This document shows positions 47,068-56,475 of a DNA stretch of 64,000 bases, in pieces. The translations under genes and the position numbers were made by a program. Source of the DNA: Klebsiella phage fENko-Kae01; the sequence record OR228459.1, one strand, 5' to 3'. Within the stretch, counting starts at the first letter, position 1. Every line of letters starts with the position of its first letter. The notes under the pieces were generated by a model. That model was not told the origin of the DNA. It saw only the letters and a program-made list of their open reading frames with translations, and made no database searches.

Positions 47068-47097
47068 CCATACATGATTTACGGTATAATGTGTTTT
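47068..47097 (+). promoter_or_regulatory. sigma70-like promoter
   Basis: ttgacaccatacatgatttacggtataat. Confidence 0.5.
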
Positions 47098-47146
47098 GTT
47101 GATTGGGAGACCGATTGATCTCAAATTTATAAATTCAGGAGTTGTT

Positions 47147-47719
47147 ATGAGTCGTTTAATTATTAAGAATAACAAGATGACAGTTCGCTTGCACAATGAT
47201 GAGGCTGATTCGTTCATGGCTAAAGCTATTGCGAAATCAGAAAAATTTGAACGCATTGCGTCAGCAGCGAAGTCACCTTATGGTTTCAATCATCCACACG
47301 CTCATTTCGTTGGGATGGTTGCAGAACACGCTTCATGGATTCTGTTTAATAGTATTGAAGAACTAACCGGGAATGACCTGAAAATTGATCCTGCATATCG
47401 CGATGAGAACCGTGAGGCTGAATGTGACCTGTACGTTAACGGATTACGTATTGAAGTTAAAGGTATTAAGTATGGGTCGTGGTTAAACTTCGGGCCATGT
47501 ATTAGCTCTCGTCAATTGAAAAAAATTGAGAAAAAAGCTGACATTGTTTTGTGGGCGTTGTATAATGAACGTCGTCAGGAATTTTCATTCGAAGGATTTA
47601 ACTACGTTAAAGATATTCGTTCTATTCCTACTGTAGTTACAGGTGCAGTGGGTCGTCCACAAATCGAAAATCATCCAGTACTGGATATTCTTAAACCACT
47701 TCAGGAGCTTGCACTATGA
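47147..47719 (+). CDS. hypothetical protein
   Basis: RBS caggag. Confidence 0.5.
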   Translation: MSRLIIKNNKMTVRLHNDEADSFMAKAIAKSEKFERIASAAKSPYGFNHPHAHFVGMVAEHASWILFNSIEELTGNDLKIDPAYRDENREAECDLYVNGLRIEVKGIKYGSWLNFGPCISSRQLKKIEKKADIVLWALYNERRQEFSFEGFNYVKDIRSIPTVVTGAVGRPQIENHPVLDILKPLQELAL

Positions 47720-47925
47720 AAGCATGGGTATATGTTGATGGATATGCAAAAGTAGAAGCTGATTTCCCAGAACTACCACGGGTGGGAGATGAAATCTCTA
47801 TTAAAAGCATGACCGACTCATTTGGAACTAAGTACATTGTTGATTATGTACAGCATGAAATTCGCCACGGCGATCTAACAACTAAAGTAACTATTAATAT
47901 CTACACAAAGGAGGTTCCACTATGA
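47716..47925 (+). CDS. hypothetical protein
   Basis: ORF 69 aa. Confidence 0.45.
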   Translation: MKAWVYVDGYAKVEADFPELPRVGDEISIKSMTDSFGTKYIVDYVQHEIRHGDLTTKVTINIYTKEVPL

Positions 47926-48395
47926 TTCTCTCGTGTATTGCAATTTTAATTCTATTCTGTGTGATTCTTTCTTGGACTGATTTACATTCACACGTAGGGT
48001 ATGCTTTCTATGTAGCAAAGAATGAAGGATGGCATCTATTTCCAATTGTTTGGTTTCAATCATTCTTTCTACCTACAGCATTTTTACGTAGTGGTAAGTC
48101 TGCTTTTGATTATACTGAATTGTCCAAATTGGAACGTACACTAAGGGCGTACTTTAGTAACGAGGAAGGAATCGAAGCAGAATGGGAATCACGGCGTGGA
48201 CAGTATTTTGAAATCAGTCGTAAGGGATTTAAAGGAATTCGTTTCCATATACCAAAAGATGATAGTGTTTCAATCAATGGTTATGATCGCTTAGTTCCAC
48301 CACGCCTAGCATTTTTGATGCTAGCATGTGCTAAACAGATTGTAAACGATCATAAAAAGAAAAAAAATACGAGTGAAAAACCACTTTTCAGTTGA
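47922..48395 (+). CDS. membrane-anchored hypothetical protein
   Basis: N-terminal TM. Confidence 0.5.
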   Translation: MILSCIAILILFCVILSWTDLHSHVGYAFYVAKNEGWHLFPIVWFQSFFLPTAFLRSGKSAFDYTELSKLERTLRAYFSNEEGIEAEWESRRGQYFEISRKGFKGIRFHIPKDDSVSINGYDRLVPPRLAFLMLACAKQIVNDHKKKKNTSEKPLFS

Positions 48396-48448
48396 CAGAT
48401 TGGTAATACCTAGATATAATACTTTCACTAACTAAGGAGATAATTTGT

Positions 48449-48931
48449 ATGAATATCGTAGCAACTAAACTCTCAAGTTCAATGAGTAAACGTCAAGGTT
48501 ATCTTTCAATCTCTGATGCAATGGAACCAAATCTAAAAAGCTATACATTCAGCCATTGCCTTAAACTCAAAAAAGATGCACTCGGATTTACAAAATGGGT
48601 TCTATATTGGGATGATACCGATTTCGTAGTAGTATTCACTGTTATTACCACTGTTCTCAGTACTGGTTATATCAAAGCAACTATAATTGATCGTGAATTG
48701 ACTGATGTGCAAACTGTTGGTGCTTACACTGGTAAAAACTCATTCACTGAAGTTCATCTTGTACAAGGAAAATATCTAAGTACTAAAGAACGTGCGAACG
48801 CTATAAGTACTGCTCTTAGTACTCATGATTTCCGTGGGAATAACACTTCAACAAAAGAAGATCCCGAAAAACTACAAGCACAGATTGACGCCATTGCTGA
48901 ATCTTGGGGAATTAAACCCAAAAAATCATAA
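48449..48931 (+). CDS. hypothetical protein
   Basis: RBS aaggagat. Confidence 0.5.
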   Translation: MNIVATKLSSSMSKRQGYLSISDAMEPNLKSYTFSHCLKLKKDALGFTKWVLYWDDTDFVVVFTVITTVLSTGYIKATIIDRELTDVQTVGAYTGKNSFTEVHLVQGKYLSTKERANAISTALSTHDFRGNNTSTKEDPEKLQAQIDAIAESWGIKPKKS

Positions 48932-48975
48932 CCAGTTCAGGCCACTCAGTGGCCTTCTTTAAGGAGTTGATAAAA

Positions 48976-49419
48976 ATGATTACTTCAAAATTTTTCAAAT
49001 ATTATGTAGCATTTTATTTTTGTCTTTTATATTTGTTTGTAGGGTATTATACTAATATCATTACATGGGAAACTCCGTCACATTTACGGATTCTTATGAG
49101 TATTATTCTTAGTCTTGGAACATGTTTCTTTGCTGCAATGGTATTATCTTGTATGGCAGAAGATATGATGGCTGCTAAAGAATCATTCAGTATTTTTGGA
49201 AAGAAAAAACTATTTCGCATTTGGCAATACTTAGCAGCACCAATTTTCATTTGGGAAATTTATAAATGGGAACATTTCGGAATTATTATTCCATCATTAT
49301 TGATGTACATGGGTATGAAAGCACTAATCACTAATCACAATAATCATGTTGAAGCATTCAACGAAGAAGAACTTAAACGTAAAGCACGTCAGGAACAAGC
49401 GGAACAGGTGACATTATGA
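48976..49419 (+). CDS. membrane protein
   Basis: RBS aaggagttg; multiple TM helices. Confidence 0.5.
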   Translation: MITSKFFKYYVAFYFCLLYLFVGYYTNIITWETPSHLRILMSIILSLGTCFFAAMVLSCMAEDMMAAKESFSIFGKKKLFRIWQYLAAPIFIWEIYKWEHFGIIIPSLLMYMGMKALITNHNNHVEAFNEEELKRKARQEQAEQVTL

Positions 49420-49829
49420 TCAAAGGTCTTTATATTTTCTTTTCAGTACTGATCGGTATTAAAGTACTAGAAGGAATTCCATTTCTAGATGTATTATCAG
49501 GTTCGTGGCATATTGTAAGTACTGTTGCATTACGTTCTTTTATGTTTTTAGCACTTTTTCTGGTTGCTTTTAACACCGCAGCGTTTATGGAAGAAAAAGA
49601 TAACCATGACAGTTCTTTTGTGCAATTTTATCTACGCCAGTTCATAGGTCTTAAATTATTACCATTATGGCCTTTGTACTTTTGGTTTGGGGCAGCAGCA
49701 TTTCAAGTACAAGTGAATAACGTTATCGATGCAGTAGCAATTTTCATTATTACTTTACTAGCAACAAGCGTTGTTCTTGTTCAGAATGGCTTGTATAAGC
49801 GGTTCCTAATGGAAGAAGTAAAAAAGTAA
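49416..49829 (+). CDS. membrane protein
   Basis: multiple TM helices. Confidence 0.5.
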   Translation: MIKGLYIFFSVLIGIKVLEGIPFLDVLSGSWHIVSTVALRSFMFLALFLVAFNTAAFMEEKDNHDSSFVQFYLRQFIGLKLLPLWPLYFWFGAAAFQVQVNNVIDAVAIFIITLLATSVVLVQNGLYKRFLMEEVKK

Positions 49830-49835
49830 ACATAA

Positions 49836-49860
49836 TCATTGACCGCCTAGGCGGTCATTG
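49836..49860 (+). terminator. hairpin terminator-like
   Basis: tcattgaccgcc-tag-gcggtcaatg style inverted repeat. Confidence 0.45.
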
Positions 49861-49897
49861 TTATAATATATGCATACAAACAAAAGAGGAAATAAGA

Positions 49898-50320
49898 ATG
49901 TCTTGGAAACATGTTGACCGTGCTGAACTGAACCAATTTGATATCTTTGCTTTTGTAAATCTCAAACAAAATGTAGTGATGAAAGGTCGTGTTTTCACAG
50001 GTTCCGATTTAGTTACTAAAGTGCTAGTAATGGATAGTGAAGGTGAAATTCAAGGCGTACTCGATCTCCCTGATTGGGCCTATTACAGTACTGAAGATGC
50101 CATGCTTAAAGCATTCTATGAAGAAGTTGGAGCACTTCCTGGGGGTGACTTCAAGAATAAAGTATGGAACATGACGCATAATAATTATCGCATGGAACAA
50201 CTTTCGGCAATGATTCAGCGTCTTACTGACATTGCATTTGAAACACCAGAAGCAATCATTTTAAAATACGTTCCCGATTTGACCATTACTGATTCAATGC
50301 TTGAGCAATTCAAGTTCTAA
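49898..50320 (+). CDS. hypothetical protein
   Basis: RBS agagga. Confidence 0.5.
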   Translation: MSWKHVDRAELNQFDIFAFVNLKQNVVMKGRVFTGSDLVTKVLVMDSEGEIQGVLDLPDWAYYSTEDAMLKAFYEEVGALPGGDFKNKVWNMTHNNYRMEQLSAMIQRLTDIAFETPEAIILKYVPDLTITDSMLEQFKF

Positions 50321-50333
50321 TAGAAAAAAAGCA

Positions 50334-50365
50334 GTTGACGTTTAATACGTTGGCTGCTATAATTT
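50334..50365 (+). promoter_or_regulatory. sigma70-like promoter
   Basis: ttgacgtttaatacgttggctgctataat. Confidence 0.5.
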
Positions 50366-50393
50366 CTATACTTAATCAAAGGAGAATAATATC

Positions 50394-50750
50394 ATGAGAC
50401 ACCGTTCCGAATTCATTCGCAACCGTACTGAATATCTAATGAATAAAGGCATAGATGTAGATACTGCTTCCAAGCAAGCAAATCTTGATTTCCGTAGTAT
50501 GACTGAGTTGGCGGCTGAATGTGTAATGACTTGTGCTGATGAAGAACTTCCCGGTAAAGGTAATACTCGTTGTAATCGTACAGCTTGTCAAAGTGATAAG
50601 CATGTGTTATTTTATAATTTCGTTATGGGAAAGAATTATTGCGTCAATTGTGCAACTGATATTCGTTTCTGTAACAATCTTAACAAATTAGATTTATACC
50701 CTGAGTACAATAAATCTTTGGATAAACTGTTAGAGGACAATGCAAAATGA
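50394..50750 (+). CDS. Cys-rich hypothetical protein
   Basis: RBS aaaggagaa; multiple CxxC-like pairs. Confidence 0.5.
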   Translation: MRHRSEFIRNRTEYLMNKGIDVDTASKQANLDFRSMTELAAECVMTCADEELPGKGNTRCNRTACQSDKHVLFYNFVMGKNYCVNCATDIRFCNNLNKLDLYPEYNKSLDKLLEDNAK

Positions 50751-50995
50751 GTCAAGCTGAAATCACCGCAGACATTATCATCACTGAACAGCAACACATT
50801 GAAGAACTCCGTATGCACATCAAAGACCTGTACCAGCAAGTTTCTGATGGTCTAATGGAAAGTGGTAATGTAGTTACTAAGGCTATTGAAAATCTGTACA
50901 AAGAGATCGATGCATCCTTTAATAAAAAAAGTAAGTACGAACAGAACGTACTAGCACTTAAACGTCAAATCTTCAAAGAATTGGGAGTACTGTAA
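50747..50995 (+). CDS. hypothetical protein
   Basis: ORF 82 aa. Confidence 0.45.
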   Translation: MSQAEITADIIITEQQHIEELRMHIKDLYQQVSDGLMESGNVVTKAIENLYKEIDASFNKKSKYEQNVLALKRQIFKELGVL

Positions 50996-51286
50996 ATGTT
51001 CAAGAGCTTTGCCCCTTGGGATAAAAAACCAGAAGAAAATGGTGCATACATCGTTGTGGTCTATTCTCGTGATGGTGTACCAGTGATGCGTATTGCATTT
51101 TATGATGTTGAGTCAAATACGTGGACACAGCAGCATATTGAAGAATATGGGTATTCCACTACTTCCAAACTTAACGACAACATTATTTCTTATTATAAGA
51201 AAATTGATGGTGTTTCTTTTGAGGTAATCCCTGAATCCTATAAGATCAAAATGGATGGGGTTAAACTTAACGAAGATGACGAATGA
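50996..51286 (+). CDS. hypothetical protein
   Basis: ORF 96 aa. Confidence 0.45.
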   Translation: MFKSFAPWDKKPEENGAYIVVVYSRDGVPVMRIAFYDVESNTWTQQHIEEYGYSTTSKLNDNIISYYKKIDGVSFEVIPESYKIKMDGVKLNEDDE

Positions 51287-51786
51287 CAACAATCTACGTT
51301 AACCACAAATTGGGTGTCGTAATGACCGACACCCGTACTACAACTACAGTACAAGAAACATTTCTAGGTATCCCAATAGCAACGTATGATACATTCAATG
51401 ATGATGGTGTAAAAGCTATTAATGTACATGATCGTATCTTTGTTGAAAGTGGTTCATGTGAAGAGAGTACTAAAATTCTTCAGTACTTAGCACATGGAAC
51501 ACCGATTAAACCTGCACCAAAAAAGTATAAACTTCTAAGTAATTGTTTTCTAGTGGATAAGAATTGGCTACTCCAAATTTATATCCAGAAAGGTAAGGTA
51601 CATAAGCGTTTCCACGTTGTAAAAGAAGACTCTTGGTATTGCACTGGAAGCGGTAGCAATGCGTTGTATGAAGCATTAAAGGTTTATGACTTTAAGCCAA
51701 CGTTAGAAGAAGCTATATCGGCCTTTAAGACCGTTCATTTCAGTGATCGTTTTACAAGCAATCAGGTACTGATTTACAAAATCTGA
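51283..51786 (+). CDS. hypothetical protein
   Basis: ORF 167 aa. Confidence 0.5.
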   Translation: MTTIYVNHKLGVVMTDTRTTTTVQETFLGIPIATYDTFNDDGVKAINVHDRIFVESGSCEESTKILQYLAHGTPIKPAPKKYKLLSNCFLVDKNWLLQIYIQKGKVHKRFHVVKEDSWYCTGSGSNALYEALKVYDFKPTLEEAISAFKTVHFSDRFTSNQVLIYKI

Positions 51787-51847
51787 TTGACACAAATTTT
51801 AAATATTAGTATTATAGATGCCAGCAACAAAGCTGGCATTTTTTTAT
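51787..51847 (+). promoter_or_regulatory. sigma70-like promoter overlapping intrinsic terminator
   Basis: ttgacacaaattttaaatattagtattat; hairpin gccagc-aacaa-agctggc plus T7. Confidence 0.5.
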
Positions 51848-51864
51848 CAAATTAGGAGTTATGC

Positions 51865-52833
51865 GTGAAAAAACTAAATCTAGAATCTATCCACGATGAA
51901 GTACTAGACGAATGTTTCCACAATGAGAACAATACTGTAAAAAGTTTGCTTCAAAGTTCGGCTGATGATATTGATGATGAAAGCACCGCAGTTGTAAGCA
52001 GTGAAGCATACAATACAAAAGAACGTTTGCCAGCAGGTTTGACCAACGAAATTCTTATTGACCGCATTAACAGCGGTATTGATGTGGCTAAAAACATGGA
52101 CATGCTAGTACGTTGCAACAGTGGTTTAGTTTATGCAATTGCTCGTAAATGTACTTGTAACATTCAATTCCAAGATAAAGTACAATATGGTTTCGAAGGA
52201 TTGATACATGCAATCCGCAAATTCGATACTTCTAAAAAAACCAGCTTTAGTACTTATGCTACTACTGCAATCAGGCAGACTATGTATAACTACGGTAACG
52301 AAGAGTCTCGTATGGTAGCACTACCCAAGTATCAATCAGTTAACAACGTAACGATTCAGAACTTCATTGAGCGTTTCATTGCAAACAACGGTCGTAACCC
52401 AACGCATGAGCAGATTTCAGAAGGTACTGGTATTGACCTAACTTCAGTATCTCGTGTAATGAAATACACAAGCAATGCAATCAGTCTTGATACACCAGTT
52501 AATGAAGATGGGTCTGTAATGCTTCAGGACGTGATTAAAGGTGAAAGCGAAGACTTCCATTTAGATCCGGGTCTAATCACCGATGAGAGCATTATGAACG
52601 AACTTTTGGAAGTAATTTTTCATGACCTATCGCCAGATGATCGTGCATTAGTTGAAGCAGTACACGGCTTGAATCACGAAGATGAAAAATCTTTTTGGAC
52701 TCTAGCATCGGAAGGTTTTGTTTACACTGATAGTAAAGGGCGTCAATATTCTTCACGTACCTCTTTACATCGCTGCTACAATGATGTAGTATCACGTATT
52801 CGTCGTCATATGAATGAGCGTGGTATCAAATGA
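51865..52833 (+). CDS. RNA polymerase sigma factor, sigma70 family (GTG start)
   Basis: region 2 motifs LVYAIARKC, GFEGLIHAIRKFD, STYATTAIRQTM; RBS aggag. Confidence 0.65.
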   Translation: MKKLNLESIHDEVLDECFHNENNTVKSLLQSSADDIDDESTAVVSSEAYNTKERLPAGLTNEILIDRINSGIDVAKNMDMLVRCNSGLVYAIARKCTCNIQFQDKVQYGFEGLIHAIRKFDTSKKTSFSTYATTAIRQTMYNYGNEESRMVALPKYQSVNNVTIQNFIERFIANNGRNPTHEQISEGTGIDLTSVSRVMKYTSNAISLDTPVNEDGSVMLQDVIKGESEDFHLDPGLITDESIMNELLEVIFHDLSPDDRALVEAVHGLNHEDEKSFWTLASEGFVYTDSKGRQYSSRTSLHRCYNDVVSRIRRHMNERGIK

Positions 52834-53159
52834 AAATAGATGCGTTGGGTGTTGGTATTGTGTTAGCAGTGGTAGGAATACTTTCCATGCCATTCTGGAA
52901 GCCACCACTTGATAAGATTGTGTTGAATGCACTTGATAATCCATATAAGTGCAATATGATTGTTGCGAAAACCGATGGTGAAGTAGTTAGTTCTCATGAA
53001 ATCATAAAACGTTCGACATTGGTTGAATATAAATCCAAAAAGAGTGTATTAGATGGTGTGAATCTATATCCTTATTTGGAATTTAATGACACATTTAGTA
53101 CTAATGCAGTACCGAATGCGTCTATTCAATCAGCGTTGGTATTGTGTTCAAAGGTTTAA
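52830..53159 (+). CDS. membrane-anchored hypothetical protein
   Basis: N-terminal TM. Confidence 0.45.
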   Translation: MKIDALGVGIVLAVVGILSMPFWKPPLDKIVLNALDNPYKCNMIVAKTDGEVVSSHEIIKRSTLVEYKSKKSVLDGVNLYPYLEFNDTFSTNAVPNASIQSALVLCSKV

Positions 53160-53164
53160 AAATA

Positions 53165-53200
53165 AAGGGTTGACTTCGGTCAGCCCTTTTGTTATTATAT
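53165..53200 (+). promoter_or_regulatory. fused terminator-promoter module (UUCG-loop hairpin embedding TTGAC -35; -10 TATTAT)
   Basis: agggttgac-ttcg-gtcagccct plus tttt, then tattat; copy 1 of 4. Confidence 0.55.
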
Positions 53201-53229
53201 GTCTACACCAACTGATGAGGATTAATTAA

Positions 53230-53556
53230 ATGAAACATTCGACTTTTGACAAACAAGAAATTATGTCTCTTTTGTTCAACAATGAACAAGTCTATATCGA
53301 GCTACCATTCAATGACCATAGTGGTATGATGATCTCACGTACCATCTCTCACTTCCACGGATATAAGAAGCAACCAAATATTGAAGTTCGTTTTTATGAA
53401 AAAGACGGGAATTATATGTCATATGCAACAGAATACTTCAATGTATATAATATTGAAAACGCCACTGATGCAGTTCTTTCTCGCTATTACAGTGAAGATC
53501 CATTAGTGTATTCAAAATATAGTACTGATTTCGAATCAACCTTTGTGAAAGAATAA
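53230..53556 (+). CDS. hypothetical protein
   Basis: RBS tgaggatt. Confidence 0.45.
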   Translation: MKHSTFDKQEIMSLLFNNEQVYIELPFNDHSGMMISRTISHFHGYKKQPNIEVRFYEKDGNYMSYATEYFNVYNIENATDAVLSRYYSEDPLVYSKYSTDFESTFVKE

Positions 53557-53576
53557 CACGACAAGGAATCATAATA

Positions 53577-53852
53577 ATGCAAGTAATAAAAATTGAATAT
53601 GAAGTAACTGACCATAAACTTGGTGGCAATTATCATTTCACTGAAATTGCAGCGAATGTTGATGCGGCGGTCACATACTTAGAAAAGAACTTCACTGGAC
53701 TAGTAGATGTTACTACTAATATGGTAGATTATAGTGATAATCCACCAGTAAGAGTATACCATCATACAAAAGAACGTGTAGATGAAGACGGTGATTGGGA
53801 TTACCCACGCGAAACAAAAATCGAATTATACTTTGAAGAGGTTATCGAATAA
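53577..53852 (+). CDS. hypothetical protein
   Basis: RBS aaggaat. Confidence 0.45.
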   Translation: MQVIKIEYEVTDHKLGGNYHFTEIAANVDAAVTYLEKNFTGLVDVTTNMVDYSDNPPVRVYHHTKERVDEDGDWDYPRETKIELYFEEVIE

Positions 53853-54139
53853 TGAAAGGTATCAAAGAAGATGACCAATTACGTTCAGTACTAGAAAAAG
53901 ATTATAATGATATTGTAAACTTTAAGTACTGTGGTGATGAGTACAAAAAGAATACAAAAATACGTGATTTCTTGAATAATATCTTTACAGCTAATATCAA
54001 AGCGGTGTATACTGTCAATTCCAAGACTAACATTGATAATGGATGGGATTGGAGCGGGGAAATCGTTATCATAGTTAATGGTAAAGGTAAAGTAATTATC
54101 ATGTCTAATTCTGAATGGTCTTCTATCCGCTTACTTTAA
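53852..54139 (+). CDS. hypothetical protein
   Basis: ATG overlaps TAA. Confidence 0.45.
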   Translation: MKGIKEDDQLRSVLEKDYNDIVNFKYCGDEYKKNTKIRDFLNNIFTANIKAVYTVNSKTNIDNGWDWSGEIVIIVNGKGKVIIMSNSEWSSIRLL

Positions 54140-54148
54140 GGAATTAAA

Positions 54149-54460
54149 ATGAAAGGTACTACAATCATAATCAGCATTTTATTTGTATTATTCGGAATTG
54201 GTGTTAAAACTGTTGTACAGAAAGCAATGGTTCAAGATTTAAATTGTGAAGTGCGTGTAATCTACGATGATTATCGTATTAATGTAAACACCGGAACATT
54301 CCAGTCAGATGAACTTGATAAAATTGTTGAATATGGTGGTGCTATGCTCGGTGAACACATCAATGATTTGAAGAAAGTCAATAAAGGTTTGTATGCTGGA
54401 TCAGGTAAGAAACATGATGATGTATTGGCATCGGTCGTAACATGTAAAAAAGTAGAATAA
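54149..54460 (+). CDS. signal-peptide/TM hypothetical protein
   Basis: N-terminal hydrophobic segment. Confidence 0.45.
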   Translation: MKGTTIIISILFVLFGIGVKTVVQKAMVQDLNCEVRVIYDDYRINVNTGTFQSDELDKIVEYGGAMLGEHINDLKKVNKGLYAGSGKKHDDVLASVVTCKKVE

Positions 54461-54469
54461 ATTAAAGCA

Positions 54470-54506
54470 AAGGGTTGACTTCGGTCAGCCCTTTTGTTAT
54501 TATATC
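54470..54506 (+). promoter_or_regulatory. fused terminator-promoter module (UUCG loop)
   Basis: aaagggttgacttcggtcagcccttttgttattatat; copy 2. Confidence 0.55.
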
Positions 54507-54535
54507 TACAACGAAACGAATATTAAGAGGAAATC

Positions 54536-54961
54536 ATGTCAGCCCTTAAAACTAAAGATGGCATTGCACCCGGTAAAATTATGTACCACGTATACGGTAC
54601 AGTACTTGCAAAAAGAAGACATAAACTTACTGAAGATAATATCGACGTTCACATTGAACGTTGTATTATTACGTCTTTCCCGAAATATTATCATTACAGC
54701 TTAAGTACTCGTACTGATAGTTTGTTCGTTGATTGTATTATGTTTGGGACGATGGGAGAGTTTCGGAGTGGGTTTAGTCTTAAAGATTGTGGTATTGGTA
54801 ATAAAAAGAATTACAACCTAAATCGGCTGTTCACTTCAATTGGTGATGCACGTGAATTCATTGGTGAAATCATGGAGGGAAAGTTCTTTGACGTTGAAGA
54901 ACAAATGTTGTATAATGAAGAAAAATACTATTATGACATTTGTAATAGCATTACACTTTAA
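54536..54961 (+). CDS. hypothetical protein
   Basis: RBS aagagga. Confidence 0.5.
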   Translation: MSALKTKDGIAPGKIMYHVYGTVLAKRRHKLTEDNIDVHIERCIITSFPKYYHYSLSTRTDSLFVDCIMFGTMGEFRSGFSLKDCGIGNKKNYNLNRLFTSIGDAREFIGEIMEGKFFDVEEQMLYNEEKYYYDICNSITL

Positions 54962-54970
54962 GGAGAAATT

Positions 54971-55264
54971 ATGAAATATGATGTTATCATTCGTACTGAA
55001 CAGACTATCCCATCTTTGAAGTACATCCATAAAGATGACCAATTTGATGAAGAACGTAGTCAAGAATTAGAACGCAGTATTCTACGTATTTTCAATAAGG
55101 CATATCGCCCACATGGTATCGAATTAGTACCACATGAGGTTGAGTACTTGCACTTTACTATTCGTACTCTAAACTATGATGGTGAATGTAAGACGGATGA
55201 ACTACGTATAGCGTATCATTTCTTCACTGGTATCTGTGAAGCCTTAGAACTTAAAGTTGCATAA
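54971..55264 (+). CDS. hypothetical protein
   Basis: RBS aaggagaa. Confidence 0.45.
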   Translation: MKYDVIIRTEQTIPSLKYIHKDDQFDEERSQELERSILRIFNKAYRPHGIELVPHEVEYLHFTIRTLNYDGECKTDELRIAYHFFTGICEALELKVA

Positions 55265-55286
55265 ACCAGATAAATGAGGATTTAAT

Positions 55287-55616
55287 ATGCCTATTCCATT
55301 ATTCCATGAAACAAATACATTCACCGTATATAAAAAGAATGAAGAACTAAAGAGAATCAACTTCACTGGTCACAAAGTTGGTTTGTATTATAAATTATAT
55401 TCAGTACTAAAAAAGAAGCATGACTACCATTTACAAACATCAACAGTGCGTGATATTACCGGACGTGTATTAATGAATGGTAATTTCATAGATATCTTAA
55501 TGCGGTTGATTGAAGAACTTAAGAAAAAATATAAGTACTCAATCATTAGTTACAAAGGGAAGGTATTGAAGTCTATCATTGGTATGATGACGAAGAAGGT
55601 GTTGCCTCACAACTAA
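55287..55616 (+). CDS. hypothetical protein
   Basis: RBS tgaggat. Confidence 0.45.
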   Translation: MPIPLFHETNTFTVYKKNEELKRINFTGHKVGLYYKLYSVLKKKHDYHLQTSTVRDITGRVLMNGNFIDILMRLIEELKKKYKYSIISYKGKVLKSIIGMMTKKVLPHN

Positions 55617-55900
55617 TGAATTTAAAAGAGAAGTATACTAAAAGTGGTGATCCACGTTTATTCCGCAAAGTACAAGTACTTGACAACGAATCCCAACGTA
55701 GTACGTATGAAAGTCTTGATGATCTAATTGATATGTTCCGAACTACCAAAGATGCTAAAGAACCAGAATTTGGTGTATACCTTAGCTTTGAAGAAGTACT
55801 AGAAGATATGCGTCCATTTATTGTTAATGGTTCAGACAAAGAAAAGATTGAAGCTAAAGCAATCTTGGCTTATGTTGCTGCTAAACTAGCGGAGAAATAG
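55616..55900 (+). CDS. hypothetical protein
   Basis: ATG overlaps TAA. Confidence 0.45.
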   Translation: MNLKEKYTKSGDPRLFRKVQVLDNESQRSTYESLDDLIDMFRTTKDAKEPEFGVYLSFEEVLEDMRPFIVNGSDKEKIEAKAILAYVAAKLAEK

Positions 55901-55931
55901 TTGGGACAAACATGAATTAATGTCCTATAAT
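55901..55931 (+). promoter_or_regulatory. conserved phage promoter (TTGGGACAAA-N-TGTCCTATAAT variant)
   Basis: copy 11; immediately upstream of ncRNA copy B. Confidence 0.55.
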
Positions 55932-55988
55932 AAGATATAAACCGATTACGGGGAGTCCAATGGACTCCCTGATGTTGTTATTCCTGAT

Positions 55989-56375
55989 CCACTTGAAAAT
56001 GTAAAGGGCAGATGAGTTGATAATCGCAACGAAGTGCAGATGAAACCCGCTCGGCGGCAATGCGGCACTATAAACGAGAACGTAAGGCACGTAACCTCGC
56101 TAGATAGACATATGAGAGTACTCACCAGATTGCTAAGGGAGTTTATTAAAGGGTTAGTCACACCCATAATAAACACATTCTATCGTGGACTGTATCGCGT
56201 TAGAATGAGTGTAGTAGGACTACGACCGTTGCATAGAACAGAGATAGGGAGAAACAGGGCAACTCGCTTCCGTGTCATTGACAATTCTCTATACAGTAAA
56301 GCCGATGCCACCAGCGTCAAGTTTTAATTCTTCCTCCCCAGCGGGGGGATGAAATTGCCTCTACAAACCTCGTCA
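55989..56375 (+). ncRNA. large structured non-coding RNA-like element, paralog B
   Basis: homologous to 8788-9232; shared blocks gaagtgcagatgaaacccgctcggcggcaatgcggcactataaa, gaccgttgcata, ccagcgtca, ggggggatgaaattgcctctacaaacctcgtca. Confidence 0.55.
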
Positions 56376-56475
56376 ATATAAAAGGTTGACATAATCAAAT
56401 AAATGAATTACACTGAACGAAGTGAAGAGTAATTCCGTTGCTATCGAAGATAGTAACGTTTGATAGGAGTTCAAA

